Below, piece by piece: positions 1-8,836 of a DNA stretch of 64,000 nucleotides (position 1 is the first letter of the stretch; every line of letters starts with the position of its first letter). A program made the translations under genes and the position numbers. The stretch comes from Candidatus Omnitrophota bacterium (GTDB taxonomy: Bacteria; Omnitrophota; Gorgyraeia; Gygaellales; Profunditerraquicolaceae). Below the pieces are notes generated by a model, which saw only the letters and a program-made list of their open reading frames with translations, did not search any database and was not told the origin of the DNA. The stretch covers positions 383 through 64,382 of the forward strand of contig JAHJCJ010000067.1 in assembly GCA_018812825.1 (NCBI GenBank). Reading direction: 5' to 3'.

Positions 1-1
1 A

Positions 2-214
2 TTGCAGTTTCCTTTTACGGATATTGCTATAGGATTAGGTAATATTAAAGTAGCCAACATGGTGGCTTTAGGTTGTTACTTAGGGGCTAAGAAAATCGTA
101 AAGATTAAAGAGATGCTGGAGGTGTTTAGATTTATGGCCCCTGCCGGAAAGGCGGATATTTTAGAAGTTAATATAAAGGCTTTGCAGGAAGGAGTAAGGT
201 TAGGGAATGATTAG
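2..214 (+). CDS. C-terminal fragment of a 2-oxoacid:ferredoxin oxidoreductase gamma-like subunit (partial, starts outside window)
   Basis: C-terminal motifs 'NMVALGCYLGA' and 'NIKALQEGVRLG' resemble KorC/PorG gamma subunits; the ORF is open at the window edge. Confidence 0.4.
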   Translation: MQFPFTDIAIGLGNIKVANMVALGCYLGAKKIVKIKEMLEVFRFMAPAGKADILEVNIKALQEGVRLGND

Positions 215-1499
215 AGTAAGGTTTGCGCCTAGCCCCACGGGGAACTTGCATATCGGCGGCGGCCGCACCGCTTTATTTAACTGGCTTTTTTCCCAGTCGC
301 AAAAAGGAAAATTTATCTTAAGAATCGAAGATACGGACCGGGAACGCTCTAAAAAAGAATTTGTGGATGAAATACTTTTTAGCCTTAAATGGCTGGGATT
401 TAATTGGGATGAACTTTATTACCAGAGCGAACGTTTTGATAGATACCACGAGTATGCGGACAAACTCCTTCAAGCCGGTTTAGCTTATATTGAAAAATCT
501 CCCGAAGGTAAAGAAGCGGTAATTTTTAAAGTTACCGCGCAGAAGATAAAAATTAACGATCTTATCCGGGGCCAGATCGAATTTGATTCCAGCCTGATTA
601 AGGACCAGGTGTTAATTAAATCCGACGGCACTCCTACTTATAATTTTGCCTGCGTAGTGGATGATGCGGAAATGAATATTACGCATATAATTCGCGGTGA
701 CGACCATATTTCCAATACTCCGAAGCAAGTTCTTTTTTATGAAGCATTAGGTTTTCCTCTGCCTAATTTTGCGCATCTTCCTTTAATCATGGGCATGGAG
801 GGAGGCAGGCTTTCTAAGAGGACAGGGGCAACTGCAATTAGCGATTATCGCAAGATGGGGTATTTGCCCGAAGCCCTGGTAAACTATCTTTTGTTATTAA
901 GCTGGGCTCCGGGAGGCAATCGAGAGATAATTAATAAGGATGAGGCAATAGAATTATTTGATATAAAGAATGTGAATAAGACAGCGGCTACCTTTGATTT
1001 AAAGAAGCTGGACTGGGTAAATAACCAATATTTAAAGAATGCGAATCCCCAAAAGCTGCTGGAGGAGCTCTCGCCATTGCTTATTGAGAAAAAATATATT
1101 GCCGAAAAAGGATCCGACCGGGAATATATCCTGGAATTGATAAAATTATTTCAGGCAAGGCTGTCTCGCTTAAATGATTTTCTTGATTGGGCGGACTTTT
1201 TCTTTATTGAAGAGATCAAAATTGATCCGCTTGCGCAAGAGAAGTTTTTGTCCAAAGACTTATCTAGAGAGTTCAAACTTTTCATTGCGGAGCTTGAAGG
1301 GTTGAGCAGCTTTAGTGCCGTGAATATTGAGAAAAGTTTTCGCGATCTGGTGGAAAAACTTAATATTGAAGCTAAAGTATTAATTCATCCGCTTAGGGTT
1401 GCTTTAACTGGCAAGACTATTGGCCCGGGGCTTTTTGAACTGATATATTATTTAGGCTTAGAACGGACAAAAAGGAGGTTATTAAAATGGGCAAAGTGA
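207..1499 (+). CDS. gltX: Glutamyl-tRNA synthetase
   Basis: Class I aaRS HIGH motif 'PSPTGNLHIGGGRTALFNW', 'LRIEDTD', KMSKS-equivalent 'RLSKR', and 'GYLPEALVNYLLLLSW' typical of GluRS. Confidence 0.9.
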   Translation: MIRVRFAPSPTGNLHIGGGRTALFNWLFSQSQKGKFILRIEDTDRERSKKEFVDEILFSLKWLGFNWDELYYQSERFDRYHEYADKLLQAGLAYIEKSPEGKEAVIFKVTAQKIKINDLIRGQIEFDSSLIKDQVLIKSDGTPTYNFACVVDDAEMNITHIIRGDDHISNTPKQVLFYEALGFPLPNFAHLPLIMGMEGGRLSKRTGATAISDYRKMGYLPEALVNYLLLLSWAPGGNREIINKDEAIELFDIKNVNKTAATFDLKKLDWVNNQYLKNANPQKLLEELSPLLIEKKYIAEKGSDREYILELIKLFQARLSRLNDFLDWADFFFIEEIKIDPLAQEKFLSKDLSREFKLFIAELEGLSSFSAVNIEKSFRDLVEKLNIEAKVLIHPLRVALTGKTIGPGLFELIYYLGLERTKRRLLKWAK

Positions 1500-2077
1500 G
1501 AATTGGTATTTGCTGTGCCGTTTTTTGTCTCTTTTCTCTAAGCCTATGTTTTAGTGAAACCATTTTACTTAAATCAGGCCAAAAAGTTGAAGGCAGGATT
1601 GTTGAGAAGACAGATACATATGTTAAGCTGGATTTTCTTGGGGTCGACCTGGTTTATTATAAAGATGAGATAGCTTCTATTGTCCAAGGGGCTTCAAATA
1701 GCGAAAATACCGTAAGTCCTCAACTAGAATCTCTTTATCAAGCTTATGCCTCTTCGCTTAATGTGCCGCAGAAACCAAAAGAGGGAAGGGATGAAGAGGT
1801 TCCTGCCGCAATTATTCAGCAGGCGACAGGGGTTGGCCAATCAACTCCTGCTATGGCGTCAACTGGGGGTTTATCGCAACTTACTCCTGAAACCCAAAAT
1901 ATAATACAGAAGACTTTACAAGGCGCTCAAGGTGGTCAGGCAGGGGGTAGTAAGCTCGGAGGGATGCCTTTGGGGGTGGATCTTTCGCAACTGCCACCCG
2001 AATACCAGGAGATGGTAAAATCAACCATGATTAATCTACAAGCTGCTAAATCCGAGTTCCCAGAGGAAAAAGAATAG
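1487..2077 (+). CDS. Secreted protein with a conserved N-terminal 'LKSGxxVEGxIxEKTDxYVK' module and a Gln/Gly/Pro-rich low-complexity C-terminus
   Basis: N-terminal signal peptide; its N-terminal module is paralogous to the N-terminus of the ORF at 41041; followed by a large-loop hairpin plus T-tract (~2148-2235). Confidence 0.5.
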   Translation: MGKVRIGICCAVFCLFSLSLCFSETILLKSGQKVEGRIVEKTDTYVKLDFLGVDLVYYKDEIASIVQGASNSENTVSPQLESLYQAYASSLNVPQKPKEGRDEEVPAAIIQQATGVGQSTPAMASTGGLSQLTPETQNIIQKTLQGAQGGQAGGSKLGGMPLGVDLSQLPPEYQEMVKSTMINLQAAKSEFPEEKE

Positions 2078-2456
2078 CAAAAAAATACTTTCTACACCCC
2101 TTGAAATTGAAAGCGAATTTGTGTTATATTTAATCAGTAAGATTCAGGTAAAGGCAAGGGGTAAACTACCAGCGGGCAGGCAATGCCCAGAAATAAAAGC
2201 CAATAAAATTTCCCCTTGCCTTTTTACTTTTGCGGGAAAAAATACTGTTTTTTAGTGCGATGATAGTTAATGGTTGCCCAAGTATTCCGTGCGGGTAACC
2301 CCGGGTTTTAGTCTACAAGGGCCATATTTTTGTCCCGCCGTAGAATTAATTTGGAATAAGCCCGGCTTTGATATAATAAAAGTATTGACCTAAACTATTT
2401 ATAATATAGAATAAAGTTATTAAGCGTAAGTATTATTAACAATCAAAGGAGGGTGT

Positions 2457-2864
2457 ATGCGTAAGAATATTCTGGGACTATGCTTGATCATTTTATGCCT
2501 TTCAATAAGTTTGGGCTTTGCGGAAGATAAGAAACTAAGCCTGCAAGCGATTAACAGTTCTATTGAATTGTTTTCAGAAGAAGATATAATATCTCCGGAT
2601 GAATTAACCGTTTTTGATGTACTACGCGCGATCATTTTCTGGCTTAGCCCGGGAATATTTTTTGTAGGTATACTTTTAGTGCTTTACGGCAATTTTAGGA
2701 AAATTGAAACTTTAATGTCAAAAGAAATGGGCATACGTAAGAAGGTGCTACCCAAATTAGAGTCCTATAACTACACTTTTCACGAATGGCTCTTGGAAAG
2801 AAATACCTTAATAGGCTTAATTTGCATAGCTTGCGCGGTAATGTTTTTCTTTATTTTGAAATAA
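2457..2864 (+). CDS. Small membrane protein, unknown function
   Basis: Good RBS 'aaggagggtgt' upstream; N-terminal signal/TM segment and two further hydrophobic segments. Confidence 0.4.
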   Translation: MRKNILGLCLIILCLSISLGFAEDKKLSLQAINSSIELFSEEDIISPDELTVFDVLRAIIFWLSPGIFFVGILLVLYGNFRKIETLMSKEMGIRKKVLPKLESYNYTFHEWLLERNTLIGLICIACAVMFFFILK

Positions 2865-3434
2865 GCATATTATAAACTAATGGAGGTGAGGATGTTTTCT
2901 ACGCCGGTAGTTTCAGCATTATTGTTGGCTTTAGTATTTGTTTTTATCGTCGATATATCATTTAACCTGCGCCGGGTAAATAAAAATATTATAAAACTAT
3001 TGAAGAGATATGAAGATGTCCACGGCGCGGTAAAGAAATAAGCTAAAAACTTTGCGATTGGCATACGCTTAAGCCGCCATTAAATGTTAAAAATAACCAG
3101 GAGAATAAGTTTTTTGTATTATTTAATCTTCTAGTTGTTACGGTATATGTTTTGAATCTTGCCCTGGGTTATAATTTTATTGGCCGGTATTTATCTGCGC
3201 AGTGATGAGTTGGGTAAGCCCAGATTACTTTAACCCAGTAGTGCCGTTTGAAGAATATGGTCATTTAGCTTAAGAGCCGGCTTTGATATTTTTTCATAAT
3301 TACATTCTAGGTAATTATGTTTCTTAAGCTTGTCTTGGTCAAAACCTTATTGGATTTAGCTGCAAGATTAAAGTAAGCGGTTGCCATATTATAGATAAGT
3401 CCGCTTTATCTTTTAAGCCTCATTTTTATTCTTC

Positions 3435-3707
3435 ATGAGAAAAGTGGTCGTTATTTTAGCGCTAATTTTAATGATTACCCCGCCTTCTTATGCAGTCAAT
3501 ATCTTTGATCAATTGCTCTATAAGGAAGTTGTTTTGGTTGCTAATCGTATGACTGTTTTAGTAAACCGCATAACGGGGAAAGCTAAATATATAAGGCTTA
3601 ATAATGGAAGATGGATGCTTCTTAAGGGAGGGCTGAAGAATAAATGTCAAGCTATGTATGATGTTCAAATTTCACCCCAGCCAGTTTTAATTCCTGTCTC
3701 ACGGTAG
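3435..3707 (+). CDS. Hypothetical secreted protein
   Basis: ORF with an N-terminal signal peptide; no recognisable domain. Confidence 0.25.
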   Translation: MRKVVVILALILMITPPSYAVNIFDQLLYKEVVLVANRMTVLVNRITGKAKYIRLNNGRWMLLKGGLKNKCQAMYDVQISPQPVLIPVSR

Positions 3708-3794
3708 ATCTTGCTGGGTTTTGCTTATAAGGCCACTTTGCTCTGGTACCATTTTAAAATGTAAGTAGTATAATAAAGAAAGAAGGAGAAGAAA

Positions 3795-4160
3795 ATGAAA
3801 AGAATAATTGTGCTGCTAATGATGTTTTGTTTTGCCGTTTCATCAGGTCTTGCTCAGCAAGCCGCCGCCAATGTTCAAATCAAGGGCGTTATTATTGATA
3901 ATTTATGTGCAGGTTCCCAAAAACCTGAAGATCTCGAAGAATTTGTAAAGACACATACGAAAGAATGCGCCCTTAAGCCAGAATGCGTGGCAAGCGGGTA
4001 CTCTATTTTCTCTAGCGGTAAACTTATGAAGTTTGATAAGATTAGTAGTATTGACATTGAGGCTTTTTTAAGAATTCCTACGAGTAAATTGCAGGTCATA
4101 GTTGAGTGTATGGAGCATGGGGATTTGTTGCGTCTGGTGTACATTGAAAATCAGAAGTAA
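3795..4160 (+). CDS. Hypothetical secreted Cys-containing protein
   Basis: RBS 'aaggagaag' upstream; signal peptide 'MKRIIVLLMMFCFAVSSGLAQQ'; 5 Cys in the mature part. Confidence 0.35.
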   Translation: MKRIIVLLMMFCFAVSSGLAQQAAANVQIKGVIIDNLCAGSQKPEDLEEFVKTHTKECALKPECVASGYSIFSSGKLMKFDKISSIDIEAFLRIPTSKLQVIVECMEHGDLLRLVYIENQK

Positions 4161-4204
4161 TCCTTTTGTTTAGTTTTTTATCCATGATGCGCTTTTTAGG
4201 TTAT

Positions 4205-4278
4205 TGCCCTGTCGTCTAATGGTAGGACACAAGATTCTGGATCTTGTTGTCATGGTTCGAGTCCATGCGGGGCAACCA
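4205..4278 (+). tRNA. tRNA-Gln (anticodon CTG), CCA encoded
   Basis: Manual cloverleaf: acceptor TGCCCTG/CGGGGCA with U1-A72 as in bacterial tRNA-Gln, D stem GTCT/GGAC, anticodon stem CAAGA/TCTTG with loop TTCTGGA, T arm CATGG-TTCGAGT-CCATG, 3' ACCA. Confidence 0.85.
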
Positions 4279-4479
4279 ATTAAATCTCACCGGGGTATCT
4301 TTTTAATAATTCTATTTAATAGTTTATCTAGCTCTTTGCATCTTTGTGCAGAGAGTTTTTCTGTAGCGCCATATTTCTGGACGTCTTTAAAGGGCCCCTC
4401 CTGGAATGTCGTTGCTTTGTGGTTAATTGTTTGTTAAAATAACTTATTGCAATAATTTTTATTGTTTCTAGGAGATAGA

Positions 4480-5172
4480 ATGAAAGAAACCATCCTAATC
4501 GTAGAAGATGAAAAAGATATAGTTAAAATGTTGGACTATAATCTTAAAAAAGATGGATATAAGACTTTAATCGCGCATGATGGAGAAGATGCCATAGATT
4601 TGGCAATTACAAAACAGCCTGATCTTATCCTTTTAGATTTAATGTTACCCGGGATGGACGGACTTGAAGCATGCAAGACCTTAAAAGGTAATAGCAAGAC
4701 TGCTTTGTTACCGATAATCATGCTTACGGCTAAGAGTCAGGAGACGGATAAGATTGTAGGGCTTGAGTTGGGCGCTGATGATTACGTAACGAAGCCTTTT
4801 AGCCCCAGAGAATTAATGGCGAGAATCAAAGCCGTATTGCGGCGTATGAAAGAAAAAGACAAGCTTCCCGATGTGATGAAAATAGGCGAGCTAAGGATAG
4901 ACTTTTCTAAGATCGCGGTTACTGTTAAAGATAAACCGGTTGAACTTACGGCCAAGGAATTCGAGCTGTTAAAGACTTTAATAAAAGTAAAAGGTAGAGT
5001 TTTGTCGCGGGATTACCTTTTAGATAATATCTGGGGTTTTAACCATGCAATGGAAATTCAAACCCGCACTGTAGATGTACACATTAGGACGCTACGTAAA
5101 AAATTAAAGAGCGTATCAAAACGGATTGTTACTGTGAAAAATTACGGGTATAGATTTGAATATGAAGATTAG
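4480..5172 (+). CDS. phoB: OmpR/PhoB-family response regulator (REC + winged-helix)
   Basis: 'ILIVEDEKDIV...LILLDLMLPGMDGLE...LTAK' receiver domain and a C-terminal 'RTVDVHIRTLRKKL' wHTH; ATG at 4480 with RBS GGAGAT (the track start at 4462 is an upstream TTG); sits upstream of phoR and pstSCAB. Confidence 0.85.
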   Translation: MKETILIVEDEKDIVKMLDYNLKKDGYKTLIAHDGEDAIDLAITKQPDLILLDLMLPGMDGLEACKTLKGNSKTALLPIIMLTAKSQETDKIVGLELGADDYVTKPFSPRELMARIKAVLRRMKEKDKLPDVMKIGELRIDFSKIAVTVKDKPVELTAKEFELLKTLIKVKGRVLSRDYLLDNIWGFNHAMEIQTRTVDVHIRTLRKKLKSVSKRIVTVKNYGYRFEYED

Positions 5173-6931
5173 CTTTAAATTGAAGCTGATTCTTTCTTAT
5201 GTTTTTGTGATCCTGGTTTCTTTTGGATTTATTGCCTTCTTTTTAGATAAGAACTTAGAAGAAAATTCCCTCCATAATATTCAAGCCTCTTTAATCAATC
5301 AGGCCTATCTAGTTGAAAATCAATTTACTGCTGAAAATATTAAGAAAGAAGATATTGCGCATTTAGAATCACTCATTACTACTTTAAGTGGAAAAATAAA
5401 ATGTCGCATTACCGTAATTAATAATCTTGGCAAAGTTCTTGCTGATTCAGAAAAGTCACAAAAAGAAATCCCAGAGATGGAGAATCATCTTTATCGGCCG
5501 GAGGTAAAGATGGCTTTGGCCAGTGAGGTTGGTATAGATACACGCTATTCCTCAACACTAAAGTTAGATATGTTATATGTTGCTTTGCCCATAAAAGAAA
5601 ATAAGGAACTTATAGGAGTTATTAGGCTCGCGCTTCCTCTTGAGAGCGTAGAAAAGACTTTAAATGAGATTCGCAAGACAATTTTATTTGGTTTGATTTT
5701 TGCTTTAGCTTTAGCTTTTGTTTTAGGTTCAATAATAGCAGCTCAAACTATAAGGCCGATTAACAGGATGATTCAGGTTTCTCGCAGATTTTCAAAAGGC
5801 GATTTTAGCCGTAGGATTATGCAAGTTTCTAAAGATGAAATAGGGGAACTCGCTGCCACCTTAAATAAGATGGCTCAGGATATAGAAGATAAAATCAAAG
5901 AAGTCAAGACACAGAATCAGAAGTTGGCTGCTATTTTTAATAGCATGATTGAAGGGGTTATTGTTATAGATAAGGCAGGGTATATAATTTCGGTTAATCC
6001 AACGATTGAGAAAATATTTAGTATCTTAAGAAAAGATGTTGAAGGAAAAGTATTTCTGGAGGCAATACGCAATAACGATATTGCTGAAGTTATCAGCGCG
6101 GCCTTAAAAAGCGGAAAATCCGTATCAAGCGAGATAGCGCTTATTTATCCAGTGCATAGAATATTTGAAGTTAACGCTACGCCAATCTTTGATAATAATG
6201 TTATTAGCGGATGTTTGGTGGTTGTGCATGATATAACCGAGATAAGGAGGCTGGAGACCGTAAGAAGTGATTTTGTGGCCAATGTCTCTCACGAACTAAA
6301 AACCCCGCTTACTTCTATTAAAGGATTTGTGGAAACGCTTCTCGAGGGTGCTTTAGGTGACAAGGAAAATAACCGTAATTTTTTAAAGATTGTACATGAT
6401 CATGCTGAGCGTCTTGATAACTTGGTCAATGATTTACTTTCTTTGTCGCACCTTGAATCAAAAGAAATAATGCTTAAGAAGACAAACTTTAATCTCAAGC
6501 AGCAGGTTGAAGGTGTTATTTCGGGTTTTAGATCTCAGTTAAAAAAGAAGGATATAGAAATTAAAAATGAGCTGCCTGTTAGTATTTCGGTAGCAGCTGA
6601 TAAGAATAGATTAGAGCAGGTAGTTACCAATTTAATCGATAACGCAATAAAGTTTAACAAGGAAAAAGGTTTTGTCAGGATTTATGGTGAGGAAATAAAC
6701 GGTAAAATCAAGATTACCGTAGAAGATTCAGGAATTGGTATCCCCGAGAAAGATATTCTTCGCATATTTGAGCGTTTCTACCGCGTAGACAAAGCGCGCT
6801 CGCGCGAACTCGGCGGCACGGGCCTTGGGCTTTCTATTGTCAAACACATCGTTGAGTTGCATAGCGGAAGTGTTGGCGTGGAAAGTACTGAAGGTTTTGG
6901 TTCAAAATTCTGGTTTATTCTCCCCAGGTAG
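5156..6931 (+). CDS. phoR: PhoR-like sensor histidine kinase (TM, HAMP, PAS, HisKA, HATPase_c)
   Basis: N-terminal TM segments, HAMP-like 'RPINRMIQVSRRFSKGDF', H-box 'SHELKTPLTSIKGF', and G-boxes 'GGTGLGLSIVKHIVELHSG'; its start overlaps the phoB stop. Confidence 0.85.
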   Translation: MNMKISFKLKLILSYVFVILVSFGFIAFFLDKNLEENSLHNIQASLINQAYLVENQFTAENIKKEDIAHLESLITTLSGKIKCRITVINNLGKVLADSEKSQKEIPEMENHLYRPEVKMALASEVGIDTRYSSTLKLDMLYVALPIKENKELIGVIRLALPLESVEKTLNEIRKTILFGLIFALALAFVLGSIIAAQTIRPINRMIQVSRRFSKGDFSRRIMQVSKDEIGELAATLNKMAQDIEDKIKEVKTQNQKLAAIFNSMIEGVIVIDKAGYIISVNPTIEKIFSILRKDVEGKVFLEAIRNNDIAEVISAALKSGKSVSSEIALIYPVHRIFEVNATPIFDNNVISGCLVVVHDITEIRRLETVRSDFVANVSHELKTPLTSIKGFVETLLEGALGDKENNRNFLKIVHDHAERLDNLVNDLLSLSHLESKEIMLKKTNFNLKQQVEGVISGFRSQLKKKDIEIKNELPVSISVAADKNRLEQVVTNLIDNAIKFNKEKGFVRIYGEEINGKIKITVEDSGIGIPEKDILRIFERFYRVDKARSRELGGTGLGLSIVKHIVELHSGSVGVESTEGFGSKFWFILPR

Positions 6932-7053
6932 TCGCAATACCTCCAAAAAAGTTTTACCCACATTTTACTTACCCTTGAAGCAGATTTAATGTCTTCATTA
7001 TATACTCTTTTTGTGAATTGAAAGCCTGCCTGCCGGCAGGCAGGAAAGGAGGT

Positions 7054-7141
7054 GACATGTTGGATGGATTTGGTTTGTTGTATATGTTTAGGATATTAAC
7101 TGAATTAAAAAAGCAATCAAAATTGCGAAGGGAGAGAAGAT
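7054..7141 (+). CDS. Possible 28-aa leader ORF (MLDGFGLLYMFRILTELKKQSKLRRERR), approximate coordinates
   Basis: Strong RBS 'aaggaggtgac' directly before its ATG; its stop overlaps the start of the 7140 gene; preceded by a perfect 20-bp GC palindrome. Confidence 0.2.
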
Positions 7142-7796
7142 GATGAAGGCGATTTTCGTGATAATCGGATTAACTCTGTTTTTAGCAACAAAAGTTTATG
7201 CCTATGATGATGGAGATTTTCAGGTATGGAACACTGATATAGAGGAATACAAGGTAAATAAGGATCTCAAGGTTGCATTTGAGGAAGAGTTTCGCTGGGG
7301 AGGCAATGTTTCTGAATTCTATTACCAGCATTATGACCTTGGATTGTCTTACGCATTAAACAAATACTGGAGTATCGGAGGTGGGTATCGTCAGATTTAT
7401 GAATTAAGCAAACGCAAGTTTAAAATGGAGAATGCGCCGTACTTAACTGCTACACTGTTATTATCTGGCGGAGGATTCAGTTTCGAAAGCCGTAATCGCC
7501 TAGAGTATCGGTATTTTGAATATAAGGCTGATTCTGGACGCTATCGCAATAAATTCACGCTTAAGTATCCTTTAAAGTTTACAAAAATAGAAATTCAGCC
7601 TTTTGTATCTGATGAAGTGTTTTTTGGTTTTGGAGGGACAAATCAGTTTAATCAGAATAGGGTGTCTGCTGGTTTAGGGATGAATTTTACAAAGAATATA
7701 AAGGCTGAAGTTTATTATATGCTAGTTACCGCTAAAAGCTCCGGTAAATGGATTGATTCTAATGTATTAGGAACTAAGCTAAAAATAGCATTTTAA
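7140..7796 (+). CDS. Outer-membrane beta-barrel protein (DUF2490-like), possibly Pho-regulated
   Basis: Signal peptide, alternating amphipathic beta-strand pattern with Gly/Tyr/Phe/Arg-rich segments, and a C-terminal Phe ('KLKIAF'); located between phoR and pstS. Confidence 0.4.
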   Translation: MMKAIFVIIGLTLFLATKVYAYDDGDFQVWNTDIEEYKVNKDLKVAFEEEFRWGGNVSEFYYQHYDLGLSYALNKYWSIGGGYRQIYELSKRKFKMENAPYLTATLLLSGGGFSFESRNRLEYRYFEYKADSGRYRNKFTLKYPLKFTKIEIQPFVSDEVFFGFGGTNQFNQNRVSAGLGMNFTKNIKAEVYYMLVTAKSSGKWIDSNVLGTKLKIAF

Positions 7797-7797
7797 G

Positions 7798-7816
7798 ATT
7801 TTACACAGATTTTACA
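7798..7816 (+). promoter_or_regulatory. Candidate Pho box (two 'ATTTTACA' direct repeats 11 bp apart) upstream of pstS
   Basis: 'ATTTTACAcagATTTTACA', a 7/8-bp direct repeat with one helical-turn spacing as in PhoB binding sites, ~100 nt upstream of the pstS start. Confidence 0.35.
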
Positions 7817-7921
7817 TTAACTTCATATAGGTGTAATATAGGTAAAATATAATATAAACAAATGGCACCCCGCGCTAATTGGAATTGCGCGGGTGTTGTG
7901 TACGTACACAAGGAGGAAGAT

Positions 7922-8776
7922 ATGTTTAGAAAGTGGTTATTCGTTTTGATAGCACTTATGTTTGTAACTTCTGCATTTGCGGGGAAAGATAAAAATTCAA
8001 TACAGGTCAAAGGTTCGGATACAATGGTGAATCTAGGCCAAGCCTGGGCTGAGAAATATATGGAGAAGAACGCAGGTGATTTTGTAGCAGTTACAGGTGG
8101 TGGTTCTGGCACAGGGTTATCAAGCCTCATAAGCGGCAGTTGTGATATTGCTATGAGTTCAAGAAACATCAAAGAAAAAGAAATTGCTATTGCCAAACAG
8201 AAAGGAATAAACCCTAACGAAATAAAAGTTGCATTAGATGGGCTTGCAGTGGTAGTAAACCCGGGTAATCCTATCGGCAAGCTTACTTTGTCTCAGCTTG
8301 CAGATATTTTTACCGGAAGGGTAACCAATTGGAAGGAAATTGGTGGTAAAGATGAGAAGATTGTTATTCTCTCACGCGAAGTCAATTCCGGAACCCATGT
8401 CTATTTTAAGGAGCATGTATTAAGAAAGAACGATCCTAACAGTAAAGAAGAATTTGCGCCAAGAGCACTAATGCTTTCATCTTCTCAGGCAATTGCTGAT
8501 GAAGTGGCTGGAAACCCTGCCGCTGTTGGATATTATGGAATGGGCTACATATCCAAAAAGCAAAAACCCGTAAATATAGCCAAAGATGAAAAATCGGAAT
8601 ATGAAGCACCGACAATAGAAAATGTCATAAACGGTAATTATCCTATCTCAAGGCCGTTATTTCTTTACACCAATGGCACACCAGAAGGGTTAGTAAAGAA
8701 ATTTATAGATTTTATGCTTTCTAAAGAAGGCCAGGATATTGTGTTGGCAACTGATTTTGTGCCGGTTAACAGATAA
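7922..8776 (+). CDS. pstS: Phosphate ABC transporter substrate-binding protein
   Basis: ATG at 7922 after RBS 'aaggagga' (the track ORF 7862 starts upstream); signal peptide; 'GSGTG...SSL' and 'YPISRPLFLY' PstS-family motifs; followed by pstCAB. Confidence 0.9.
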   Translation: MFRKWLFVLIALMFVTSAFAGKDKNSIQVKGSDTMVNLGQAWAEKYMEKNAGDFVAVTGGGSGTGLSSLISGSCDIAMSSRNIKEKEIAIAKQKGINPNEIKVALDGLAVVVNPGNPIGKLTLSQLADIFTGRVTNWKEIGGKDEKIVILSREVNSGTHVYFKEHVLRKNDPNSKEEFAPRALMLSSSQAIADEVAGNPAAVGYYGMGYISKKQKPVNIAKDEKSEYEAPTIENVINGNYPISRPLFLYTNGTPEGLVKKFIDFMLSKEGQDIVLATDFVPVNR

Positions 8777-8836
8777 AATGTTCCCCCTTCGCTAAGGCTC
8801 CGGGGGATTTCGCTAAATAAAAACATAAGGTGCTTA

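Noticed and set aside
2148-2235. Large-loop inverted repeat 'AAGGCAAGGGG...CCCCTTGCCTTTTT' after the 1487-2077 gene as a possible structured ncRNA
   Set aside because: The stem followed by a T-tract fits an intrinsic terminator for the upstream gene (with an inner small hairpin). I see no evidence for an independent RNA gene.
2366-3300. Shared 14-mer 'GCCGGCTTTGATAT' at ~2372 and ~3282 upstream of small membrane-protein ORFs
   Set aside because: A single 14-nt match between two AT-rich intergenic regions in 64 kb is within chance expectation, and the surrounding sequence is not conserved.
4204-4437. Track ORF (77 aa) starting 'MPCRLMVGHKILDLVVMVRVHAGQ'
   Set aside because: It is the in-frame translation of tRNA-Gln (4205-4278) and its downstream spacer. 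There is no RBS, so it is the RNA gene, not a CDS.
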